From NCBI GenBank assembly GCA_025454975.1, contig JALONK010000010.1, forward strand, positions 2,217 through 66,216: a stretch of DNA of 64,000 bases. The letters run 5' to 3'. Both the position numbers and the translations under genes were made by a program. Below are positions 20,980-30,955 of this stretch, piece after piece. The DNA is from Bacteroidia bacterium. Its GTDB lineage: Bacteria > Bacteroidota > Bacteroidia > UKL13-3. The notes under the pieces were generated by a model. That model searched no databases and was not told the DNA's origin. It saw only the letters and a list, made by a program, of their open reading frames with translations. How positions within the stretch are numbered: the first letter of the stretch is position 1; the number at the start of each line of letters is the position of its first letter.

Positions 20980-21984
20980 ATGAGATTAAAAACAAGGGCA
21001 GGAAGAATTGCGCTAACACATATCATTGCAATGCTTTTAGTAATGGCTGATGCCACTGCTCAGGACCCTCATTTTTCTCAGTTTTTTGCTAATCCTCTAT
21101 ATACAAACCCTGCATTTGCGGGCAGTACACACCATGCAAGGGTGGTAACAAACACCCGTAATCAGTGGAGTAGTATTGCCGGAACATTCACAACTATTTC
21201 GGCCGCATTTGACGAGCATTATGACATCTTAAATGGAGGTATTGGGATAATGTTAACAAGAGATCAAGCAGGTATTGGCTTATTAACTACAAATACAATT
21301 TCCGGACTTTATTCGTATCAAATTAATGTTAACAAATATGTAACGGTAAGGGCTTCGTTGCAAGCAAGTTTAGTACAAAAAACGATTGACTTTGGCAACT
21401 TTACTTGGGGAGATCAAATTCTTAGGAACCAAGGAATTGTTAAGCCCGTTACCGGTGAATCTATTGACCAAAATGCAATCTTTTTTCCAAATTTTGCTTC
21501 AGGAATAATTGTTTACACGAGTCAATTTTATGGCGGAGTAGCTATACACAATTTGCTTCAACCAAGTCAGGGATTTTGGAGTGAAACCAAAGACAGTAGC
21601 ATCATAAGCAGAAGGTATACCGGTCATTTGGGCTTACAAATACCTATCCGTAAAAGTAAAATAGCAAAGAACAATATCAGCATATCCCCTAACGTTTTGT
21701 ACATGCAACAAGGTCCGTTCACCGAAATCAACTTAGGCATGTACTACAATAAAGGTTCTTATATTTTAGGCAGTTATTTCAGACAAACAACTGCAAATGC
21801 AGATGCATTAATTTTCTTAATTGGTTTAAGGAGAGAAAAATTGAGGATAGGTTATTCCTATGATGCTACGATATCTAATGCGAGACCCGGAGCTAGAGGG
21901 TCGCATGAAGTTTCATTGGCTTTTGAATTGAGAAAACGCCAACCAAAATCTAGGGTACGTGCAATAAGATGTCCTGAATTTTAA
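20980..21984 (+). CDS. PorP/SprF family T9SS outer-membrane protein
   Basis: AQDPHFSQF..NPLYTNPAFAG, RNQW, IGYSYD, GSHEVSL. Confidence 0.92.
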   Translation: MRLKTRAGRIALTHIIAMLLVMADATAQDPHFSQFFANPLYTNPAFAGSTHHARVVTNTRNQWSSIAGTFTTISAAFDEHYDILNGGIGIMLTRDQAGIGLLTTNTISGLYSYQINVNKYVTVRASLQASLVQKTIDFGNFTWGDQILRNQGIVKPVTGESIDQNAIFFPNFASGIIVYTSQFYGGVAIHNLLQPSQGFWSETKDSSIISRRYTGHLGLQIPIRKSKIAKNNISISPNVLYMQQGPFTEINLGMYYNKGSYILGSYFRQTTANADALIFLIGLRREKLRIGYSYDATISNARPGARGSHEVSLAFELRKRQPKSRVRAIRCPEF

Positions 21985-22025
21985 ACTTGATTAATCAACT
22001 TAATCACTATATTTGTTGTAATTAA

Positions 22026-23039
22026 TTGCAGTCTATGTTACTTAATGGCCATATCAAACCTAGTTTGGGGTTAATATTTATTATATTATTTCCGTTGATA
22101 TGTATTGCGCAAGATCCTCAGTTTAGCCAGTTTTATGGAGTTCCATTATACACCAATCCAGCATTTGCAGGCTCATCAGGAAACATAAGATTTAATGGAG
22201 GGTTCAGAGAACAATACGTGGGAATAAGCAATAATTACACTACCATGTTTGCCGGCTTTGATATGCCCATGAATAAAATTGGAGGTGGCATTGGATTAAC
22301 ATTTATGAATGATGTGGCAGGAGATGGAAGATTAACAACCAATCAATTTGGAGCGATATATGCTTTTAAAACTGCTTTAAACAGAAAGATTTTTTTAAGT
22401 GCCGCCATTCATGCACAAGCTGTTCAAAAAAATTACGATTTCAGCAGATTTAAATTCGGCGATATGATAGATGAGAGGTATGGATTTACTAAAACATCAA
22501 TGGAACAACTCGCTTCAGACCAGCGTTTATTTCCAAATTTTGCAGCAGGATTTTTAGTTTATTCAGAGCGTTTCTTTGCCGGTTTTGCAAGCCATAACCT
22601 TACCGAACCCAATCAATCATTTTATTTTCAATCAAGTCCATCCGATGAGTTTAAGCTCCCCAGAAGATACACTGCCCATGGAGGATTAAACATTTATCTT
22701 AGCAACGAACGTGATGTGCAGGCAAGAACCATTTTATCGCCTAACATTTTATACATGAACCAACGAAATTTCAACCAATTAAACCTTGGGATGTACATAA
22801 AAAAACAGGCACTAACGGCTGGTTTATGGTTCCGACAAACTAGTCAAAATACTGATGCCGCTATTATTTTATTAGGAATAAAATTTCCTAAATTCCGCTT
22901 GGGATATAGCTATGATGTTACCGTATCAGGGGCAAGAACTGCTACACAAGGTTCGCATGAAGTTACCCTTGCTTTTGAGATAAAACCACCAAAAAAATCA
23001 CGGCCTAGAACTAAAGCCTTGATTTGCCCAACTTTATAA
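22026..23039 (+). CDS. PorP/SprF family T9SS outer-membrane protein (second paralogue)
   Basis: AQDPQFSQFY..PLYTNPAFAG, LGYSYD, GSHEVTL; start could be ATG 22035; own TATATTTG element at 22008-22015. Confidence 0.92.
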   Translation: MQSMLLNGHIKPSLGLIFIILFPLICIAQDPQFSQFYGVPLYTNPAFAGSSGNIRFNGGFREQYVGISNNYTTMFAGFDMPMNKIGGGIGLTFMNDVAGDGRLTTNQFGAIYAFKTALNRKIFLSAAIHAQAVQKNYDFSRFKFGDMIDERYGFTKTSMEQLASDQRLFPNFAAGFLVYSERFFAGFASHNLTEPNQSFYFQSSPSDEFKLPRRYTAHGGLNIYLSNERDVQARTILSPNILYMNQRNFNQLNLGMYIKKQALTAGLWFRQTSQNTDAAIILLGIKFPKFRLGYSYDVTVSGARTATQGSHEVTLAFEIKPPKKSRPRTKALICPTL

Positions 23040-23122
23040 TCAAAAAAAAGTTGTAGATTTTAGAATAATTCCATTTGTTTTCCGTTATATTTGAAAAATT
23101 TAATTCGCAACTCGTACTTAAT

Positions 23123-24562
23123 ATGAAGCAATTAACAAGAGTTTTTTTATTCGCCACCATTGCCAATATTGTATTGGTAGGTACATCATGTAAAAAGCCT
23201 AAGTCGGAAACAACAGGCTGGATGTATAATAATGAAAAATGGGGAGGCTTTGAAAAACCAAAATTTAAAGAACAAGAAACAGGTCCGGGACTTGTATTTG
23301 TTGAAGGAGGTACCATCACTTTAGGTGCATTTGAGAATGATGTTATGTTTGAACGTAACAATTTCAAAAGAAGGGTATCAATTCCTAGTTTTTATATGGA
23401 TGAAACTGAGGTAACCAACTTTCATTATTTAGAATATTTGTACTGGTTAAACAGGGTTTTTGTTGACAATCCATTAGTTTATCGTGGAGCTTTGCCTGAC
23501 ACATTAGTTTGGCGTAACAAGCTTTCATACAACGAGCCTTATGTATTGTATTACCTTCGTCATCCTGCTTACAGAGAATATCCTGTTGTAGGTGTTAGCT
23601 GGCTACAAGCTAGTGCTTACACACTATGGCGCACAGATCGTGTAAATGAAATGATTTTAGCTCGTGAAGGTTTTATAGATCTTGACGTACAAAAAACTAC
23701 CGGCGAAAACAATTTTAACACAGAAGCCTATTTAATGGGGTTATATACGCCAACCGTTAAAAAAGAACTTAAAGATTATGCTCCTGGTGGTAGCAAACGT
23801 CAGGTTAGAATGGAAGATGGTATTTTGTTACCCGACTACCGTTTGCCAACGGAAGCTGAATGGGAATATGCTGCATATGGATATATGTCGGCAGAATACA
23901 ATGAAAACATTGACGTGAAACGTATTTATCCTTGGGATGGTTTAACCATGAGAAGAAGTGATACAGAAAAAAATCGTGGTACCATGTATGCCAATTACAT
24001 TAGGGGTAGAGGTGATGCAGCCGGTGTAGCTGGAAGGTTAAACGATGGTAGCTTTTATACAGCACCGGTTAAAAGTCCGGATTATTTGCCTAACGACTTT
24101 GGTTTGTACCACATGGCAGGTAATGTAAGTGAATGGACAATGGATGTTTTTCGTCCTTTAACTTGGGAAGACGGCCAAGAAATTGCTCCATTCCGTGGTA
24201 ATGTTTATAAAACCAAAGTAACTGATACAGATGGTATAGTTGAAGCAGTTGATAGTTTAGGCCGTATCCCTTATCGTGAAGTAACAGAAGCTGAAAATGC
24301 TAAACGCAGAAACTACCGTAAGGCAAATAATATTGGTTTTAAAGACGAAGAAACTTATACTGATTTAGAGCAAAAGTACGATTATACAAATACTTCATTG
24401 ATCAGAAATCAAGCAAGAGTTTATAAAGGCGGTTCATGGAATGACAGAGCTTATTGGTTAACTCCTGGTTCAAGGAGGTATTTAGATGAGGATTTATCAA
24501 CAGCAACTATTGGATTCCGTTGTGTGATGGATAGAGTTGGAGACACCCGTAAAAAGAATTAA
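23123..24562 (+). CDS. gldJ: Gliding motility lipoprotein GldJ (FGE/SUMF1 fold)
   Basis: Lipobox GTSC, SETTGW.YN, GPGLVFVEGG, FYMDETEVTN, ALPDTLVWR, YRLPTEAEWEYAA, GFRC; divergent from porU; TATATTTG at 23086-23093. Confidence 0.88.
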   Translation: MKQLTRVFLFATIANIVLVGTSCKKPKSETTGWMYNNEKWGGFEKPKFKEQETGPGLVFVEGGTITLGAFENDVMFERNNFKRRVSIPSFYMDETEVTNFHYLEYLYWLNRVFVDNPLVYRGALPDTLVWRNKLSYNEPYVLYYLRHPAYREYPVVGVSWLQASAYTLWRTDRVNEMILAREGFIDLDVQKTTGENNFNTEAYLMGLYTPTVKKELKDYAPGGSKRQVRMEDGILLPDYRLPTEAEWEYAAYGYMSAEYNENIDVKRIYPWDGLTMRRSDTEKNRGTMYANYIRGRGDAAGVAGRLNDGSFYTAPVKSPDYLPNDFGLYHMAGNVSEWTMDVFRPLTWEDGQEIAPFRGNVYKTKVTDTDGIVEAVDSLGRIPYREVTEAENAKRRNYRKANNIGFKDEETYTDLEQKYDYTNTSLIRNQARVYKGGSWNDRAYWLTPGSRRYLDEDLSTATIGFRCVMDRVGDTRKKN

Positions 24563-24572
24563 TATTCGTTGT

Positions 24573-24611
24573 AAAAAAAATCCCGTTTGATTTTTCAAAC
24601 GGGATTTTTTT
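24573..24611. terminator. Bidirectional intrinsic terminator (gldJ / nadC)
   Basis: A8-TCCCGTTTGA-TTTT-TCAAACGGGA-T7. Confidence 0.9.
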
Positions 24612-24618
24612 ATGCCTA

Positions 24619-25476
24619 TTATTCAACGGCTCGCATACTCAAATCTAATGCCTTTATGCTATGTGTTAAGGCCCCTGATGAAATATAATCAACACCTGTT
24701 AGTGCATAGGTACGAAGAGTTTCGAGGGTAATTCCTCCGCTTGCCTCAGTTTCAAATCTACCATCAATTAATTGCACAGCCTCTGTAAGTAATTCAGGCG
24801 AGAAGTTATCAAGCATAATTCTTTGTACGCCTCCAATTTCCAACACTTGTTTTACTTCACTTATTGAGCGTGTTTCAATTTCAATTTTTAAATCCAACTG
24901 TACACTTTTCAAATATTGTTGTGTTCGATAAATGGCTGATGCTATTCCTCCGGCAAAATCAACATGATTATCTTTTATTAAAATCATATCATATAAACCA
25001 ATGCGATGGTTATGGCCACCTCCAATTTTAACAGCCCACTTTTCTAATAAACGCATTCCGGGTGTTGTTTTTCGCGTATCTAAAATTTTAGTATGCAATC
25101 CTTCTAAAGCTTTTACATATTTGGCTGTTTGGGTAGCAACACCACTTAATCGTTGGATAAAATTTAATACTGTTCGTTCAGCGGTAAGCATGCTTCTCGA
25201 ACTTCCTACCATATCCATCACAATATCGCCATGTTCTATTGATGAACCATCAGGAATTAATACACGAACTTTTAATGATGGATCAACACGTTTAAAAATA
25301 TATTCAGCTAAAGTAACTCCGGCTAAAATGCCTGTATCTTTAGCCACAATAATTGATTTACCCGATTCATTTTCATTAATAGTAGCTAAGGAGGTATGAT
25401 CGCCATCGCCAATATCTTCGGCAAATGCAATATCAATTAATTGCATTACCAATGGATTTTCCAATAAATTATTCAT
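24619..25476 (-). CDS. nadC: Quinolinate phosphoribosyltransferase
   Basis: EDIGDGD, AER..LNF.QRLSGVAT, DTRKTTPG, HRIGLYD..LIKDNH, MLDNF, EASGGI. Confidence 0.96.
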   Translation of the reverse strand: MNNLLENPLVMQLIDIAFAEDIGDGDHTSLATINENESGKSIIVAKDTGILAGVTLAEYIFKRVDPSLKVRVLIPDGSSIEHGDIVMDMVGSSRSMLTAERTVLNFIQRLSGVATQTAKYVKALEGLHTKILDTRKTTPGMRLLEKWAVKIGGGHNHRIGLYDMILIKDNHVDFAGGIASAIYRTQQYLKSVQLDLKIEIETRSISEVKQVLEIGGVQRIMLDNFSPELLTEAVQLIDGRFETEASGGITLETLRTYALTGVDYISSGALTHSIKALDLSMRAVE

Positions 25477-25495
25477 GCTGTATTATTTAGCTGAG

Positions 25496-25891
25496 CTATT
25501 GTTCTTTTTCAATTCTTAATTCATGAATCAATGATGTACCACCGGATTCTTTCATGAAAATATAAATACGGAACTTAGATAAATTAGTTTCATAAATCGC
25601 GATAACATATTTAGCTCCTTGTCCGGAAGAACCACGATGTTGAATAGAAACTGCTTTAGCCTGATTTTGTGAAAGAAAGTTTTTCAGCATAATTTCAGCT
25701 TGTTGTTTGCTGTAAACACCTTCATTATCATTAATCGTCATTTCTACATTTTGGTTAAACATCTTTGCAATCTCTTTGGCTTGTTGCGCTTTTAGCATAT
25801 TCACCACATCATCAAATGTATCCGCTACAACCAACAAAGAAAGTGATATCATAAACACCAATAATATATTTTTCAAAAACGACTTATTCAT
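25496..25891 (-). CDS. DUF4783 family exported protein
   Basis: Signal peptide; F...VE.TI......YSKQQAE.MLKNF, HRGSS motif. Confidence 0.75.
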   Translation of the reverse strand: MNKSFLKNILLVFMISLSLLVVADTFDDVVNMLKAQQAKEIAKMFNQNVEMTINDNEGVYSKQQAEIMLKNFLSQNQAKAVSIQHRGSSGQGAKYVIAIYETNLSKFRIYIFMKESGGTSLIHELRIEKEQ

Positions 25892-25912
25892 AATTAATAT
25901 TTGAACATAACC

Positions 25913-25928
25913 AGCTAAAAGTATGCCA
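25913..25928 (-). promoter_or_regulatory. Candidate sigma54 -24/-12 promoter for DUF4783-nadC
   Basis: Minus strand TGGCATACTTTTAGCT (GG-N10-GC), 21 nt before the ATG. Confidence 0.5.
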
Positions 25929-26001
25929 ATAGGCGCAAATTAAGAAAAATGTTCTAATTGAAATAACGGTTTAAAAAAACTTTATTAGTTAATTTTGCAT
26001 C

Positions 26002-27519
26002 ATGGCTAAAAAAACTGCTTTAATCATTCTTGATGGTTGGGGAAATGGTAAACCATATGATGGCAATGCTATTTACCAAGCGCATACACCAAACTTTGAT
26101 TCAATTGTAAAACAATATCCCGGAACCAGCTTAAAATGTAGTGGTTTAGATGTTGGTTTACCTGAAGGACAAATGGGCAACAGCGAGGTTGGACACATGA
26201 ATCTTGGTGCCGGAAGAGTTGTATACCAGCAACTGGTATTAATTAATAAAGCATTTGATGAAAATTGGGTTGCTACTAATTCAACTTTATTAGAAGCATT
26301 TGAATATGCCAATACGAATCAAAAATCAGTACACCTAATTGGATTGGTGAGTGATGGTGGTGTACATTCAAGTTTAAATCACCTCCTAAAATTATCTGCA
26401 TTGGTGAGTGAAAAAACAAAGGAGCATTACATTCATGCCTTTACTGATGGCAGAGATACAGATCCTAAGAGTGGAGAAGGCTTTTTAAAAACACTTGAAA
26501 ATCAACTTAAAAATTCTAAAGGAAAACTAGCAACAATTGTAGGTAGATATTATGCTATGGACCGTGATAAGCGCTGGGAAAGGGTAAAAATTGCTTATGA
26601 TGCTTTAGTTAACAACAGAGGAGAATTTACTGATAATTGGCACAATTTATTATTGGAACGATATGCATCAGGAGAAACTGACGAATTTATAAAGCCAATA
26701 ATCATTACAGAAGGAGGAAAACCTGTTGCAAAAATTCAAGAGGGTGATGTTGTGATTTGTTTTAACTTCAGAACCGACAGAGGACGAGAAATTACACAGG
26801 TGCTAACCCAAGAAAACTTCCCTGACTTCGATATGCAAAAATTAGCATTGCATTATGTTACATTAACTGAATATGATAAAAGCTTTAAAGATATTAAAGT
26901 TGTTTTCCCTGATATAGATTTACAACAAACATTGGGTGAAGTTTTAGAAAAACATAACAAGAAACAAGTCCGTATTGCTGAAACAGAAAAATATCCTCAT
27001 GTAACATTTTTCTTTAGTGGTGGAAGAGAAAATCCATTCATAGGTGAAAGTAGGTGTTTAGCGCCATCACCAAAAGTAGCCACCTACGATTTACAACCTG
27101 AGATGAGTGCTAATGAAGTGTGTGGTTATGCCATTGAAAGCATGGCTAAAGGAGAAGCAGATTTTATTTGTGTAAACTTTGCCAATCCTGATATGGTTGG
27201 TCATACCGGAGTTATTCCGGCCGAAATAATTGCAGTACAAAAGGTAGATGAATGTTTAGGTAAGATAATTGACGCAGCACTGGAAAATGGATATACATTA
27301 TTGGTAACCGCAGATCATGGTAATGGAGAATATATGAAAAATGAAATGGATGGAACACCAAATACGGCTCATACTACTAATGACGTGCCGCTAATTATGG
27401 TTAATGGAACTAATCATAGATTAAAACCGGGGCGACTTGCAGATATTGCGCCAACAATATTGGAATTAATGCAAATTGAGCAACCGAAAGAGATGACAGG
27501 AAGCTCTTTATTATGTTAA
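26002..27519 (+). CDS. gpmI: 2,3-bisphosphoglycerate-independent phosphoglycerate mutase
   Basis: IILDGWG, GQMGNSEVGH, SDGGVHS, GRYYAMDRD, AETEKYPHVTFF, NPDMVGHTG, TADHGN. Confidence 0.97.
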   Translation: MAKKTALIILDGWGNGKPYDGNAIYQAHTPNFDSIVKQYPGTSLKCSGLDVGLPEGQMGNSEVGHMNLGAGRVVYQQLVLINKAFDENWVATNSTLLEAFEYANTNQKSVHLIGLVSDGGVHSSLNHLLKLSALVSEKTKEHYIHAFTDGRDTDPKSGEGFLKTLENQLKNSKGKLATIVGRYYAMDRDKRWERVKIAYDALVNNRGEFTDNWHNLLLERYASGETDEFIKPIIITEGGKPVAKIQEGDVVICFNFRTDRGREITQVLTQENFPDFDMQKLALHYVTLTEYDKSFKDIKVVFPDIDLQQTLGEVLEKHNKKQVRIAETEKYPHVTFFFSGGRENPFIGESRCLAPSPKVATYDLQPEMSANEVCGYAIESMAKGEADFICVNFANPDMVGHTGVIPAEIIAVQKVDECLGKIIDAALENGYTLLVTADHGNGEYMKNEMDGTPNTAHTTNDVPLIMVNGTNHRLKPGRLADIAPTILELMQIEQPKEMTGSSLLC

Positions 27520-27530
27520 CAAATTATACC

Positions 27531-28184
27531 TTATCTAAGGTCGATTACTTCGCACTTAGGATAATTTTTTGCATCAAATACGAAAAATTTATCCTCTAAC
27601 TTGACATTAGGGAATTGATTGGTAACAGTGTATGTATGGATAGTTCCACTTTTTTCGAATACCTGGGATTTGATGATGGTTTGATTAGTTTTATCAATGG
27701 TAAGTTTAATTTTAAAGAAGTTCTTCTTTTTATCTTTAGGTGTTAGTTCTATCAAAACGATTTCACTTTTACCTTCCTTTTTTTGTTCAATTATTTTAGA
27801 AAGAAATCCTTTATCATACATAGTAAAAATATCATCCAAACGTATAGGTGATTTTTTAGGATCGTAATTATTTACCTGAACTTCATTGCTTTCACGGCTG
27901 TAAGTCCAAATCGTTTTATTATCACAAAAAATAAGCTGATCGGCAATATCAAGTCTGAATTTGTTCCCTTTCACATGGATTGTACCCTTTTGCTTTTCAT
28001 TCACTTTTTCCGCTTTACTCTCAATACTGTATATAAAATCAGCCTTAATGGTCTTAAAATTTTTATACCTATTACTGATGGTATTTAGCAGCTTGTCAGC
28101 GGCTTTATCTGCTGTTTTGGGTGCATTTTGAGCTACTGCGTATGTTCCAATCAACAGTAACAACCATATGGCTTTTTTTAACAT
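27531..28184 (-). CDS. lolA: Outer-membrane lipoprotein carrier LolA-like
   Basis: Signal peptide; G.I.VKGNKFRL, DNKTIWTY....NEV; ATG 28184 preferred. Confidence 0.8.
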   Translation of the reverse strand: MLKKAIWLLLLIGTYAVAQNAPKTADKAADKLLNTISNRYKNFKTIKADFIYSIESKAEKVNEKQKGTIHVKGNKFRLDIADQLIFCDNKTIWTYSRESNEVQVNNYDPKKSPIRLDDIFTMYDKGFLSKIIEQKKEGKSEIVLIELTPKDKKKNFFKIKLTIDKTNQTIIKSQVFEKSGTIHTYTVTNQFPNVKLEDKFFVFDAKNYPKCEVIDLR

Positions 28185-28214
28185 GAATTTGATGTAAATA
28201 ATTTTACAAATATA

Positions 28215-28230
28215 TACAAGATGTATGCCA
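28215..28230 (-). promoter_or_regulatory. Candidate sigma54-type promoter for lolA, abutting a TATATTTG -7 element
   Basis: Minus strand TGGCATACATCTTGTA followed immediately by TATATTTG (28207-28214). Confidence 0.4.
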
Positions 28231-28329
28231 TTAAACACATACCCTTTTACTTTTTAATTTGTATAAAATAGAAAACTTCCTGTTCCATAAAACTCAAAAA
28301 TCTGTAAATCAATATATAATATAAATACC

Positions 28330-28359
28330 ATTAAACTTTTAGAGGGAAAAGTTATCTTA
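28330..28359 (+). promoter_or_regulatory. Candidate ECF-sigma promoter, copy 1 (autoregulatory)
   Basis: ATTAAACTTT-N14-ATCTTA, 18 nt before the sigma ATG. Confidence 0.65.
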
Positions 28360-28377
28360 TGTTTTTAAATACCATTC

Positions 28378-28941
28378 ATGGGTGAGATTTTAAAAACTGA
28401 TGAAGAAATCTTGAGGGCTTTTAAGCAACCTGATACGCAGATAAAAGCGTATGAATGGTTATTGGATGGTTACCAAAAGAGAATTTACTGGCATGTTAGA
28501 AGAATTGTAATCAGTCATGATGATGCCGATGATGTAAGTCAGAATACATTAATTAAAATATGGGAGCATTTACATGAATTTAAGGGAGAGTCAAAACTTT
28601 ATACTTGGATTTTTAGAATTGCTACAAATGAGGCTATTGCCTTTTTGAATAAAAAGAAGAACCACCTTAGTTTAGATGATGCAGCAGAAAGTTTAGGTAA
28701 GTATCTTACACCGGAAGGTTATTTTAATGGTGATGAAGCGGCATTAAAACTACAACAAGCCATATTACAATTGCCAGAGAAACAACGATTGGTATTTAAC
28801 ATGAAGTATTTTGAAAATATCAAATATGAAGATATGAGTGAAATATTAAACACCTCTGTAGGTGCATTAAAAGCATCATATCATCATGCAACTCAAAAAA
28901 TTGAACAACAATTAAAAAACATTAAACCTTTATCCATTTAA
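28378..28941 (+). CDS. ECF-family RNA polymerase sigma factor
   Basis: YWHVRRIV..HDDADDV.QNT.IK, LYTWIFRIATNE, LPEKQRLVFNMKYF, SVGALKASYHHA. Confidence 0.94.
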   Translation: MGEILKTDEEILRAFKQPDTQIKAYEWLLDGYQKRIYWHVRRIVISHDDADDVSQNTLIKIWEHLHEFKGESKLYTWIFRIATNEAIAFLNKKKNHLSLDDAAESLGKYLTPEGYFNGDEAALKLQQAILQLPEKQRLVFNMKYFENIKYEDMSEILNTSVGALKASYHHATQKIEQQLKNIKPLSI

Positions 28942-28950
28942 TTTATCTCA
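28921..28950 (+). promoter_or_regulatory. Candidate ECF-sigma promoter, copy 2 (internal, before anti-sigma)
   Basis: ATTAAACCTT-N14-ATCTCA overlapping the sigma stop codon, 7 nt before ATG 28958. Confidence 0.65.
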
Positions 28951-28957
28951 ATAGCGT

Positions 28958-29401
28958 ATGTTAGACAACGAGAACAATACCATCCATAATAACTTCGATG
29001 TACCGGAAAATTACTTTCAGGAAATTAAGTTTCGAACATTGAACAAAATAACCAATGGAGGTATGACAGTTCCTGATCATTACTTTGACCTTCAACGCGA
29101 AGCCTTAAAATCTAAAATATCACCTGTTCAACCCAAATCTAGAAGATTGGCGCTATCCATACGTTGGGTTGGATTAGCCGCATCATTATTGTTTATTTCG
29201 GGAATGTTATGGTATATGTTAAAACCTCAAACATCTGCTACGGCGATAAGTAATGATGAGATTGTTCAATACCTTATGCAACAAGAATTGCATGATGTAA
29301 ATGAAATGCAGTTGGTTACAACTGTTTCATTAAGTAAGCAAACCAATGAAGAAGAATTTTTACATGAAGTTGATGAAGAACTTTTAATAAATGAATTATG
29401 A
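28958..29401 (+). CDS. Putative single-TM anti-sigma factor
   Basis: Duplicated N-terminal motif (FDVPENYF / MTVPDHYF), one TM (WVGLAASLLFISGMLW), acidic C-terminus; directly after the sigma gene. Confidence 0.7.
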   Translation: MLDNENNTIHNNFDVPENYFQEIKFRTLNKITNGGMTVPDHYFDLQREALKSKISPVQPKSRRLALSIRWVGLAASLLFISGMLWYMLKPQTSATAISNDEIVQYLMQQELHDVNEMQLVTTVSLSKQTNEEEFLHEVDEELLINEL

Positions 29402-29850
29402 GAAAGTACACAATAATATTATCATTATTTGTTGCCTTAATAGCTCCTTTCGAGTTATTTGCCCAAGATGATGAAGATGGAGCCGCAAAGGATAAAGTTG
29501 AAGCCCTAAGAATTGCTTTTATAACTGAGAAACTTAACTTAAGTAGTAAAGAGGCTGAGTTGTTCTGGCCTATTTTTAACAGTTTTCAAAATGAACTAAA
29601 GGGTATTCGTAAAAAGCAAAGAGATGCCTCCAATGCGTTTAAATTAAAGGCTAATCCGAGTGAAAAAGAATGTGAGAATTTTATAAACGAACAACTATCT
29701 TTCCGTCAACAAGAAACCGATTTGTGGAAAAAATATTCAACACAGTTTAAAAAAGCGATACCCGCTTATAAAATTGCCAAATTGTTAAGTATAGAACAAG
29801 AATTTAAGGCTCAATTGCTTAAACGTTTGAAAGAAAGAAGGGATAAATAA
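29398..29850 (+). CDS. Periplasmic helical Spy/CpxP-like partner of the ECF system
   Basis: Signal peptide; IAFITEKLNLSSKEAELFWPIFN motif; ATGA overlap with the anti-sigma gene. Confidence 0.7.
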   Translation: MRKYTIILSLFVALIAPFELFAQDDEDGAAKDKVEALRIAFITEKLNLSSKEAELFWPIFNSFQNELKGIRKKQRDASNAFKLKANPSEKECENFINEQLSFRQQETDLWKKYSTQFKKAIPAYKIAKLLSIEQEFKAQLLKRLKERRDK

Positions 29851-29919
29851 TTCGTTGCTTCTATAAATAAGATTGGCTGCAAATACATCTTTTCTATATT
29901 TGCGCTAAATTATAAAGAA

Positions 29920-30894
29920 ATGACAAAAGGACCTATTTCACAGTTTGTTGAAAAACATTACAAACACTTTAATGCAGCCGCATTAGTTGATGCTGCCAAA
30001 GGTTATGAAGCACATTTAACTGAAGGTGGCAAGATGATGGTAACCTTAGCCGGTGCAATGAGTACGGCTGAATTAGGTAAATCATTAGCTGAAATGATTC
30101 GTAATGGAAAGGTTGATATCATTAGCTGCACCGGAGCAAATTTAGAAGAAGATATCATGAATTTAGTTGCCCATAGCCATTATAAGCGTGTGCCAAACTA
30201 TCGTGATTTATCGCCGCAGGACGAATGGGATTTATTAGAAAATCATTATAATAGGGTAACCGACACTTGCATTCCAGAGGAAGAAGCTTTTAGAAGGTTG
30301 CAAAAACATATTTATAACATTTGGAAAGGTGCTGACAATGCAGGTGAAAGATTTTTTCCGCATGAGTATATGTACAAAATTTTATTAAGCGGAGAACTTG
30401 AGCAGTATTATGAGATTGACCCAAAAGATTCGTGGATGTTGGCGGCTGCACAAAAAAATTTACCGATTGTAGTTCCAGGTTGGGAAGACAGTACTATGGG
30501 AAATATTTTCGCCAGTTATGTAATCAAAGGTGATATCAAAGCATCTACCATGAAAAGCGGTATTGAATATATGGCTTGGTTGGCTGATTGGTATGTTAAA
30601 AATAGCAGTGGAAAGGGTGTAGGTTTTTTTCAAATAGGTGGAGGAATTGCAGGAGATTTCCCTATTTGTGTAGTACCAATGTTATATCAAGACATGGAGA
30701 TGGAAAATATTCCATTCTGGAGTTATTTCTGCCAAATCAGCGATTCAACAACATCTTATGGATCTTATTCAGGTGCTGTGCCAAATGAAAAAATCACCTG
30801 GGGAAAACTGGATATTAATACTCCGAAATATATTGTTGAAAGTGATGCCACCATTGTAGCTCCACTAATTTTTGCGTGGATTTTAGGCTGGTAA
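29920..30894 (+). CDS. Deoxyhypusine synthase-like protein (probable homospermidine synthesis)
   Basis: LAGAMST, SCTGANLEED, NRVTD, DSTMG, GGGIAGD, GSYSGA.PNEKITWGK, DATIVAPL. Confidence 0.9.
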   Translation: MTKGPISQFVEKHYKHFNAAALVDAAKGYEAHLTEGGKMMVTLAGAMSTAELGKSLAEMIRNGKVDIISCTGANLEEDIMNLVAHSHYKRVPNYRDLSPQDEWDLLENHYNRVTDTCIPEEEAFRRLQKHIYNIWKGADNAGERFFPHEYMYKILLSGELEQYYEIDPKDSWMLAAAQKNLPIVVPGWEDSTMGNIFASYVIKGDIKASTMKSGIEYMAWLADWYVKNSSGKGVGFFQIGGGIAGDFPICVVPMLYQDMEMENIPFWSYFCQISDSTTSYGSYSGAVPNEKITWGKLDINTPKYIVESDATIVAPLIFAWILGW

Positions 30895-30916
30895 ACTTCG
30901 TGTTTTTTTTCAAATC

Positions 30917-30955
30917 AAGGCCGCTATGTTTTAAAGTAGTGGCCTTTTATTTTTT
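30917..30955. terminator. Intrinsic terminator between convergent genes
   Basis: AAGGCCGCTAT-N8-GTAGTGGCCTT (with G-U pairs) followed by a T-rich tract. Confidence 0.7.
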
